Under the pieces are notes generated by a model. It searched no databases and was not told the DNA's origin. It was given only the letters and a program-made list of their open reading frames with translations. The position numbers and the translations under genes were made by a program. A stretch of DNA of 64,000 nucleotides from positions 360,592,001 through 360,656,000 of the forward strand of contig OZ024741.1 of assembly GCA_964016885.1 (NCBI GenBank). Reading direction: 5' to 3'. This DNA is from Eledone cirrhosa. Its lineage: Eukaryota. Shown piece after piece: positions 54,301-64,000 of this stretch (positions within the stretch are counted from its first letter, which is position 1; each line of letters begins with the position of its first letter).

Positions 54301-55305
54301 AGGTGACAAGTATACTTTGCAAGGAGAGGAGCAGGGTACATAGAGGCCAGAAGGGAAGCTAGGTGACAAGTATACTTTGCAAGGAGAGGAGCAGGGTACA
54401 TAGAGGCCAGAAGGGAAGCTAGGTGACAGGTATACTTTGCAAGGAGAGGAGCAGGGTACATAGAGGCCAGAAGGGAAGCTAGGTGACAGGTATACTTTGC
54501 AAGGAGAGAAGCAGGGTACATAGAGGCCAGAAGGGAAGCTAGGTGACAGGTATACTTCGCAAGGAGAGAAGCGGAAGATAAAAAATTCAAGCATGTTTTG
54601 CTGCATGAAGACCAAAAACGTGAGGTGTTCAGGATTGCAAGGCAGTGTGTTAGGGAAAATTGTGATGGCATTGGTGAGAAGAGTGTTTGTGATGATAAAG
54701 GCACACCTGCCCTCACAGACACTGGAAAGAATGTAGCATGAAAGAGTCATTATTAAAGATTACTGAATGAGGAAAATGCATGGAAGAAAGAGACCCTACC
54801 CCAAGTGGACTCAACAGAGAGCCCAGCTGTACATGTCAGCAGCAGTGTAGTAAGTAAGGGAATTAAAGATATGAAGACCAGGGACCAGGAAAGCAGCTGG
54901 TCCATTATGGATAGTTGCCGAGATGCTGAGAACATCTGGGTCAGTGGATCACACTTTAACCACGTGTATTGTAAACCAAGTATTACTTGGTTTACAAATG
55001 TACACCATGTATTGTAAACCAAGTATTACTTGGTTTACAATACATGGTGTCATACCAAACGACTGCCGCAGCAGCATCATTGTCAACTGCTACAAGGGTA
55101 AAGGAGATGCACTAGATAGAGGAAACTATAGAGGCATCAAGTTAATTGACCAGGTCATGAAAGTAACAGAAAACGTTATAGCACAGCTGATTAGGGCTGG
55201 GTTAACCTAGATGAGATGCAGTTCAGATCTGTGCCAGGTAAAAGCACCACAGATGCTCTCTTCCTTGTGAAGCAGTTACAGGAGAAGTACCTAGATAAAA
55301 AACCT
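51392..55305 (+). mobile_element. Degraded internal RTE ORF2 fragment containing the 60-bp array
   Basis: VDETIKAKR, REARxQVYFARREAE, RLLNEENAW, YKGKGDALDRGNYRGIKL, STTDALFLVKQLQEKY. Confidence 0.9.
51444..54572. repeat. 60-bp tandem array, 52 units, highly homogeneous
   Basis: GAGAGAAGCAGGGTACATAGAGGCCAGAAGGGAAGCTAGGTGACAAGTATACTTTGCAAG unit; only about 5 variable positions. Confidence 0.98.
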
Positions 55306-56029
55306 AACTCAAATGATTACATCAGAGTGGAATCAACTAAAAACACCCAATAGTCAAATAGGGCTGTTAAACCAAACAATGGATTGTGTAGAATAAGCTA
55401 ACAAAGGTAAAACAAGTCAGCTTATAAGCATATCCAAACTATATGAGACAAATACAAATGTTGACAGTGGTAATGGTGGTGATATCACCCACCCAATACT
55501 TCCTCCAAAGGACCATATTTCTATGGGGTTTCATCCACCTTAACTCTATTGTTCCTACAAAAAAAATAACCTTCAAATGATCAACCAGCTATCCATAGCC
55601 CTAACATTAAAAAGGATCTCACTGTATACCTCAGTCTAAGTAGGATTGGAATAGTTATGAATATTATCCTGTAACTTCAAACTAAATAATAAAAATCCCT
55701 ATCATCCAAACAACAACAACAACAACAATAGTAATAATTTAGGTACAAGGCCAGTAATTTGTAGGGAGGGGAAAGTTAATTATATCGACCCAGTACTTTA
55801 CTGGTACTTTATTTTATTGACTTCGAAAGGAAGAAAGGTAAAGTTGACTTCAGTAGAATATGGAGTATTTCAGACAGAGGTGCAATTTTTAATGTAGATA
55901 TGTTTTAGTTTTATTTATTTATCATAATTTTTTATTTTTAAACATTAATTGGTCCATTGAATATGACTAATTTTATCCATAACTGTGCAACATATATGAC
56001 AGTAATTACATATAAAAACATATTTGTGA

Positions 56030-56470
56030 AGAAACTAGAGAAGAAATTGGGAAAATTTGGATAAAAGTTTTTGAAAAAATTTGGAGGAAATTTAGAAGAA
56101 AATTTGTGAAAATAGAAATTTGAAAAGCGATTTAGAAATCGTTTTGGATGAAATTTGTAAGAAATGTGGGAAGAAATTTACACAAAAAGTAATTTGAACA
56201 GAAATTCATGAAGAAATTTGTAAGAAATTTAGATAGAAATTTTGAAGGAAATTCATTAAAATTTTGGGAGTAAATTATGAAAAAATTAATGAAAAAATGT
56301 GAGATTCAACTTATGTAGAGATTAGGATGAAATTTGTGAGAAATTGAAATTAAAATTTTGGAAGAAATTTGTTAGAAAACTAGAGAGGAAATTGTGAAGA
56401 AATTTAGGTGGAAATTTCAATGGAAATTAGTTAGAAATTAAAAATTTTAATACAAATTGGGGAAGAAATT
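56030..56470. repeat. Degenerate GAAATTT-rich low-complexity repeat (a second tract at about 57800-58230)
   Basis: Seen directly. Confidence 0.7.
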
Positions 56471-56489
56471 TTTATAACATTATATATAT

Positions 56490-57085
56490 ATCATCATCAC
56501 CATTTTATGTCCATTTTTCCATGCTAACATGGGTTAGACGAGTTGTTCTGTTGTGGACAATGCTAGGTCAGGTGACATACAGAACTGATTTCAGCTTGGG
56601 TTCTACAGCTGGATGCCCTTCCTAACACCAACCTCATTTACAGTGAGTACTGGATGCTTTTTGTTGTGATTCCTACACGACCACTTTACAGTGAGTACTG
56701 GGTGCTTTTTGTTGTGACACCTGCACAACCACTTTACAGTGTGGGCTGGGGACTTTGCTGGATGCATACTTCAGCCTGTCCTCATGGCAGATGTATGGGA
56801 GCATGCTGTGGGGCATACTGTATATATGCTTCAGCTTTGGCCTGTGCCTGTGGAAAATCGGGTCTTCTCTATTACTACGTAACGTTCTTGGTCCTGTGTC
56901 ATTGCCCTTGAGAGGTGCAATGGGGCAAGTTCAGCTTTTATCACCTCATCCCAAATCTTCCTGGGTCTCCCCACTCTAAGGCATCCATCTACTTTAAGCG
57001 TTCTACACCTTTTTATGCAGCTGTCATCCTTCATACAGATCACACGTCCATACCAACATAATCTCAACTCCTGTACACAACATTT
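56490..57085 (-). mobile_element. RTE LINE 3' end
   Basis: LRLCWYGRVICMKDDSCIKRC...GRPRKIWD plus 3' UTR and (GAT)n tail. Confidence 0.85.
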
Positions 57086-57308
57086 GATATATATATATGT
57101 GTGTATGTGAGTGTGTGTGTATGTATGTATACATACCCACATACATATATGTGTATATTATTTGCATGTATATATATATAGATGTGCATGTGTGTGTATG
57201 TGTGCGTGTGACTCAAATGCTATAATCGAACAAAATAGTTCTGAAACATTTTCTTTCCAACCGTGTTATCTACCTGTCTATGTATTTCTTTCTTTCTCTG
57301 CCCCCCCC

Positions 57309-57420
<112 letters not shown>

Positions 57421-59039
57421 TGTCTCTTTGTGTGTGAGAGTGTGTGTATGTGTGTGTGTGTGTGTGTGTATATATAAGGTTGATGAAAGGTAGCGGACAT
57501 ACACAAATAGCCATACAAACACCTCCTTCACACACACACCACACACAATCCACGAACATAGCTTTGTTACCATATGGTGAATAAACAAAATATTACTTAT
57601 TCCCTCTGTAAAACAAAAGATTATATACTACTAGCTGTAATAATAATAGATAACAATAGTTACATGATGGAGTAGTTAAAGCTGAGATGTTGCTTTTAAT
57701 GTAGATACCTTTTTTCTAAAATATATCAAAATAGTCCAGTGAAGAATCATTTATTCCATCCATAACATATACTGCAGTTATTAAATATAAAAAGATATTT
57801 GTAAAGAAATGGCCAGGGGAAAATAGAGAGAAATTTGAATAGAAATTTAAAGGAAATTTAGATGAAAATTTGTGAAAAATCTCAAATGTGACTTGGGAAG
57901 AAATTTACATAGTTAAAAGTAATTTAAATAGAAATTTTTAAAGAATTTTCTAAGAATTAGGAAGAAATATATAAATATATTTGTGATGAAATTTAGGTAG
58001 ACATTTAGGATGAAATTTAGGTACATTTAGGATGAAATTTATAAGAAACTAAAATTAAAATTTGTGAAGACATTCAGAAAAAAAAAAACTGAGAAAGAAA
58101 TTGGGTAGAAATTTCTAAGAAATTCAAATCTAAACATAAATTTCATGTTTTTTTTTCATTTATGTTTTTTATCTAAACATAAATTTCATGTTTTTATCTA
58201 AACAAAAATTTCATGTTTTGTGAAAATTTATAAAATAGTAGGCAGACGAATGAAGATGAATGACTCATTGCAGAACTGTGCAACATTTGCTGCAGTAATT
58301 ATATATATTAAACAAATGCACCGTGCAACTTTCTAACACTGTCATCTAATAGTCATGCAGTAGTGGCCTGAATAATGATGCAGCAGCATCTAACAGCTGC
58401 AATAGTGATGCAGCAATATCAAAGAGCCTGGATATTCATATAGCAGTATCTTTGGGACTTCCATATGTTTCTCTCATGAAACCATGGATCCAAATATAGA
58501 AATTTCCTTTCCAAGGTGCAGGCCCGAGCAAGGTTTTTTTATGGATATATCCGCTGCTACCCATGCATGCAAATATACAATGTCTATGCCAAAAATGTTG
58601 TCCAAGACAAAGGTAAGGGCCAAATACTGCTCAGCACTAATGTTGTTGTTGTTGTTGGTATTGCTGTCAGAATGCAAAAAGCCAGAAAAGATATTGCAAA
58701 GCATTCAATTTCAGGCTCTAACAATTCCTCTAAGGATACCCAAGGATCAGGTGAGGGTATTGAACTGGGTGTCAGATTAAGTCTAACACCCAAATAAGCA
58801 CCAGGTGGATTTGAACTTAAAATATAAAAAGCTGGAACAAATACTGTCAGGCATCTTATCCAATGCTCTAACAACTCTGCCAACCCATGACACTAGATTG
58901 GTACTTTATTTATCAACCCTAAATAGATGAAAGGCAAGGTTAACCTCAGCTGGAGTTGAACTCAGAGCACAAGGAACTAGAGTAAATGCTATAAGACAAT
59001 CTATTTGATGTTCTAATGACACTGCCACCTCACCACCTT

Positions 59040-59405
59040 AGCAATATCAAACAGTGTAAATAGCCAGTCTTACAGTAATATTTAACAGTGCAAATAGCCA
59101 GCCTTACAATAATATCTAACAGTGTAAATAGCCAGTCTTACAGCAATATCTAACAGTGTAAATAACTAGCCTTACAGCAATATCTAACAGTGTAAATATC
59201 CAGCCATGTAGCAATATCTAACAGTGTAAATAGCCAACCTTACAGTAATATCTAACAGTATAAATATCCAGCGTTACAGTAATCTAACAGTGTGAATAGC
59301 CAAGCATACAGCAATATCTAACAGTGTAAATAGCCAACCATATTAGGTTATTCACATATAACAAGCAATATCTAACAGTGTGAATAGCCATGCAGAAGTA
59401 TCTAA
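59040..59405. repeat. About 34-bp minisatellite, about 10 copies
   Basis: GCAATATCTAACAGTGTAAATAGCCAGCCTTACA unit. Confidence 0.9.
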
Positions 59406-59741
59406 TGACCTGGATGATTATACTGCAGTATCTTACAGCTTGAGTATTCTGTAACAGTAATCATTAAAATCAATTTGAATGATTACAAAACAAATGTATC
59501 AATAAGAAAAATTACATGACACCCCATAAAATATAGGAATTAAATACATACAAAAACTTATTTATAGCCTTGCTATTAAAAACAAAAAGCTATAAATAAT
59601 TTCTTACATAGTGAGGCATGGCTGTGTGGTTAAGAAGTCTGCAAACACATGGTTTTAGGTTCTATTTCCACAGCATATCACCTTGGGCAATTGTTTTCTA
59701 TTATAGTTTCAGGCAGACTAATGCCCTGCAAGTCTATATAT

Positions 59742-60128
59742 CATCATTCATTTCATTTTACGTCCACTTTTCCCTGCTTGCAAGGGTGGGACGGGAACTG
59801 ATTCTTGCTTGATTTCTACAGCTGGATGCCCTTCCTAACACCAACCTCATTTACAGTGAGTGCTGGGTGCTTTTTTTCCGTGGCGCCTACACGTCCACTT
59901 TACAGTGTGGGCTGGGTGCTTTTTTGCCGTGGCACCTCCACGACCACTTTGCAGTGGAATGATAGGGACCCGAGTCCCTATCATGTCATTTCTACAGCTG
60001 AGTAAACTGGAGCAATGTGAAATAAAGTGTCTTGCTCAAGGAAACAACACATCACCTGGTCTGAGAATTGAACTCACAACCTTTCGATTGCAAGGCCAAT
60101 GCTCTAACCACTAAGCCATGTGCCTCCA
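59742..60128 (-). mobile_element. SINE family B with RTE-derived tail, full length
   Basis: Close to 15790-16123, with one extra ~42-bp internal unit. Confidence 0.85.
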
Positions 60129-60281
60129 TATATATTTTTTTTTTTTTTCTTTCTCTCAGTATAGTTTTTTCAAAGAATCCCTATTCTTTAAATCTATCAG
60201 CCAATGACCTCCACCTATCCCAATCACCACACTCCCCTACCACTGAAAATGTATAAATGCCACCATATTACATTGACAGTC

Positions 60282-60333
60282 GGCTTTCCTGATGATTTCC
60301 TTCGAATGAAACAGTTCTAGTCCTGTAGAAGCT
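60282..60333 (+). ncRNA. Minimal hammerhead motif heading a pLTR-like remnant (to about 60410)
   Basis: GGCTTTC-CTGATGA-T-TTC-cttc-GAA-T-GAAA-CAG-ttctagtc-CTG-TA-GAAGCT. Confidence 0.75.
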
Positions 60334-61923
60334 ATTTCTATATTAAATATTTATACTCTATGTATTGAGTACCTTACTTACTGTGGTTACCCCCGATTGA
60401 ACCCAGGACACACACACATATATATATTTAAGAGAGATTCTCAGAAAATTTTGGTGGGGAGGGGTTTAGTTTCAGTTTGCTTTGGAAAGCATATGGCTCA
60501 GAATTTAATTTAATTTAATCTCAATTTTATTTATTTACTTTGAGATCTAAGAAAATTTAGTATATTTACCTTGTGTAGTAATTTTTAAACAAGAAAGGTG
60601 TGTGTAATTTTACATTGAAGTGGTAGTTGGATATGATCTACTTGGATGGAGAAAATTTAGCTTTGTTTAGAGGTAATAACATTTTTAAAGGGTTTTAGTT
60701 TGGACTAAAGTGCCATAGCTATTGATTCTTCCTGTCTTTGCATTTTACTTTCTCTGCATTGGCCTTGAAGGATGGGCACATTCTTTGGGGCAGTCAAGGT
60801 AGTTAAGTCTTGATTTCAGTAATTGATTTTGTAAATCTCTGATAGCCTGATTGTATTTGTACAGGTAGGTTTGTATATATATGATTCAATCTTAATTATG
60901 TTTTGCATTCGTGTGTATATATTATATTTATTTGTATGTAAATAATGACATTTAGGTTTACACCTTTTGCATCACTTTTTGTTATCATATTTTCTGATAT
61001 GATATTTGTTTTTCATCTTTAACGGCTTGGGTATTTTGTGATTATTATTAATTTTAGTTTTTATGTTGTTATATGAACTAGACTTCCTAATGTGGGGCAT
61101 CACGTCATCTAAGTGGATAGTTTGAGGGTTTAAAAACAAGAGGCAATGGGAGGAGGTGGAGCATGGCCTATTACATAATGGGGTCATAGTTACTGCAGAT
61201 AATAGTTTTGGCTTAATTATATAGAAACTATTATTTTTTAAAGATGGTAGGATGTGATTTGAGAGAAATTTTATTGCTATTCCTAGCAATTCAAGTGATT
61301 TCATAGAGGCTCCTCCATTAGTTTGCAGTGAAAATATTGTAGTTTTGTTTGGTACCATAACTATAGTGGAAACATAACAATTTTGTTTGATATCAGTTAA
61401 AACTACTATGAAGACATGGCAGTTTTACTTGATATCAGCTAAATCTACAATGAAAACATGATAGTTCTACTTGATATCATTTATAATTACAATGAAAGTA
61501 TGGTAGCTCTGCTTGATATCAACAAAAGATCAGTGAAAACATGGCTGATCTAAGAGGTTGGAGAATAATAGAGAATGAAAACTTGTCAGTCTATATCAGC
61601 CAACAACCTTTTACGAAATAATATCTTATCTCTTACTTCAATAATAGAATTAGTTTTTCATCAGCATAAACCTTATTCACCAATGTGTCTTTCCTTACAT
61701 CACTGTCTTGTCTAAACTAGTTCTTATCTCCAGCAATAATTCCCTTTCTTCCATTGAAGAACTCCTTTCTTAGACAAGAAGGCTAAGCAAATTCTAAACC
61801 ACTGAGAGTTCTACTACAAATGATAGATAAAAAAACACAACTTACTAAAACATCTTGGTTTCAGCAGGAGCTATAAGTTCAATAACATATCCACTTCAGA
61901 GAAACATATTTTTTCTGCTTTAA

Positions 61924-62147
61924 CTCTTTAGCATCTAAACCAGCCATATCCGGCCAGAATTCTCTCACCTTTTTCTGTTCAAACCAGCTGCAACCAGTCA
62001 CTCATACTGACGTTGAGGTATTGTTCTCAAAATAATTAACATCAAAATCTCATAGATTTGATATTATGTGAGATAATTATGTTAGGTAAAGCCTTTACCA
62101 CAAAAAAAACAATAGAATATATATAGAGTAATGTAAATGCTAAAGGG
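61924..62147. mobile_element. piggyBac-type MITE
   Basis: TTAA TSD; same ~220-bp family. Confidence 0.85.
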
Positions 62148-62281
62148 TTAAACACACCATATGCAGCAAAAATATCTTCATTGTACAATAACAACAAGTG
62201 CCTGAAAGCTAAACAGGGGGTTAGCCTTCCAGGGATACATGACTTAGTTTCTACATTTTGACCTATTGTTTGCTTCCCATC

Positions 62282-62490
62282 TCACCAACCCCTGGCTTTC
62301 ATTTCCTCCACCATTATTTTTAACAATGTTTTTCTTGGTCTTCCTCTTCTACTTCCTTCCACATTCATTTTCATCACCCCTCTCACCCAATCACATTCAT
62401 CTTTCCTCCACACATGACCCATCCCTTTTATTCTAATTCTCCTCATCTCTATTGAAATTCTTTTCATTGATAATATCCTTTCTTCTTGTT
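62282..62490 (-). mobile_element. RTE LINE C-terminal remnant (different family)
   Basis: GHVWRKDECDWVRGVMKMNVEGSRRGRPRKT. Confidence 0.7.
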
Positions 62491-62703
62491 TAAATTTAGG
62501 TCAGCCAGATCAAATTTTTTTATACTCAGACCTGGTTGTGTGGTTAATGTTTTTTTCTCACCAAACCACCTGAAACTGCTTGTGGTTCCACAGTATTAAG
62601 CTCTTAATTTTTAGATGCTTATATTTATCTAAAAACTTTCTATCATAATTTTATGAAAGAACATTTCAGTTATTTTCCAAACACCACTGAGAAAGTTAGT
62701 TAT

Positions 62704-62923
62704 CCCTTTAGCATTTAAACTTGTCATATCCGGCCAGAATTCTCTCACCTCTTTCTTTTCAAACTGGCTGTAACCGGCCACTCATACTGACGTTAAGGTA
62801 TTGTTCTCAAAATAAATAATATCAAAATCTCATTGATTCAATATTATTAGAGATATTATGTGAGATAAAGCCTTTACTGTGAAAATATAATAGTATATAT
62901 AGAGTAATCTAAATGATAAAGGG
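62704..62923. mobile_element. piggyBac-type MITE with TTAT flanks
   Basis: TTAT-CCCTTTAG...AAAGGG-TTAT. Confidence 0.8.
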
Positions 62924-63395
62924 TTATATTACTAAATCCCTCCAAATTCTTGATTATTTTCAAAATGATTTGAAAATCATAGAAATGTAGTAATGAAAAG
63001 ATTAAGTAGTTCACACCAAAGGTTTGGTAATAGAAAGACTATCCAACAAATTCATGCCAATAAAAATGAAGCAACAAACAGAAGAGACAATGAACTTTGC
63101 AAGCAGCAGCACATACAACCCATCTGGGAGATCAGTAACTATGAAAAAAAACCAGAGTGAATACAGAAAACCCTTTAGGAGGCCTGCTACAGATAATCTC
63201 TTTAGTGCCAATGGCACAATAAATTATATCATGCCCCTAATGTAAGGTTACTGGCAGCTGTAAAATTGACTATTCTTGCATTATATATATATAGTGCAAG
63301 AATAGTCTGAGAGAGATTGATAGCCAGAGTCTTTTACCCATTTACAGATGGACACATCATCAACACTATATGACTAATGAAACAAATGAAGTTAC

Positions 63396-63574
63396 CTAAT
63401 GTTAATAATGAGCTCTTTTGAACCACTGTTACATATATATTCATGCCATGTGGCATCAGCTTCGATTGGAATTCCATCAAGAGCTGTTTGGTGTTTCAGG
63501 AGACCAAGGGAGGTAAAGCGCCTGGTGGAAACAGGTGAAAGATTTAAGGCATTCGTCTTTTTCCCATTCAAAGC
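63396..63574 (-). CDS. CAMKMT: Calmodulin-lysine N-methyltransferase, first coding exon within the window (the ATG exon appears to lie beyond 64000)
   Basis: ttttcag|GCT...ATTAG|gtaac; 179 nt; ALNGKKTNALNLSPVSTRRFTSLGLLKHQTALDGIPIEADATWHEYICNSGSKELIINI(R); resembles the CAMKMT 'VSVRRFESFNL...W..Y' segment; phase 2 matches the next exon. Confidence 0.88.
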
Positions 63575-64000
63575 CTGAAAATAAATTAAAAAAACCAAAT
63601 CAGTGTAAGTATATTAACTCTTAACATTCTGCAATAATTTAGCAGAAACTATCTACAAAAATGGGTTTGTTAATTTAAATGTTTATAGTATCTTTACTAG
63701 CAGACAGACTGTAGTGAAAATTTGCAATATTATTTTTTAACAACCTGTAATGAAGGTGTCAGTTATGCAATCAAATCTGAAATTCAAGTGAGATGACACA
63801 AGAAGAACAGAGCAATTGTCATTCAAAGAATTATCTAACAGTTACAATTTTTACTCAAAGAATTTACTCAGACCATTTGTTCGGAATTGGGATAAGAAAG
63901 TGAGATAAAAAAAAAATACACTCTTGCATTCTATTTCTTTGTTCATCTTTGCATCATTGGATACAATGGAGCCAAGATGGGTGAAGGAGGAAACAGTTTT

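Noticed and set aside
51312-54750. 1136-aa and 1114-aa ORFs as real repeat-protein genes
   Set aside because: They are antisense frames of a 60-bp LINE-derived array; a stop-free unit whose length is divisible by three gives a long ORF automatically
58474-58883. Cluster of short overlapping ORFs as a nested gene
   Set aside because: No recognisable motif or consistent splice structure
60972-61358. 128-aa ORF as a Penelope protein remnant
   Set aside because: No RT or GIY-YIG motif could be recognised; tBLASTn would be needed

Overview
AT-rich, microsatellite-laden animal genomic DNA. The repeat landscape (RTE/CR1/Tx1 LINEs, tRNA-derived SINEs, TA/GA/GGT microsatellites) looks like a coleoid cephalopod, probably octopus; this is an inference. 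The only host gene I can support is calmodulin-lysine N-methyltransferase (CAMKMT) on the minus strand. I rebuilt ten GT-AG coding exons by hand (63574 down to 22735, 870 nt, phases consistent, ending in TAA). The start-codon exon appears to lie beyond position 64000. The rest is intronic or intergenic repeat: a DD37D (maT) Tc1/mariner copy, RTE, CR1, L1/Tx1 and Vingi-like LINE remnants, several SINE families, piggyBac-, hAT- and mariner-type MITEs, and tandem arrays. Less obvious signals: (i) at least seven minimal hammerhead-ribozyme motifs, mostly in (TA)n-embedded fold-back elements of Penelope-like type, several with a recurring U-U at the base of stem II; (ii) a 51-nt covarying kink-turn motif shared by two diverged repeat copies; (iii) a C4HC3 PHD-type finger inserted inside an RTE reverse transcriptase; (iv) a 52 x 60-bp satellite born from RTE ORF2 between 9-bp microhomologies. 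All calls were made by eye; no searches or folding were run.
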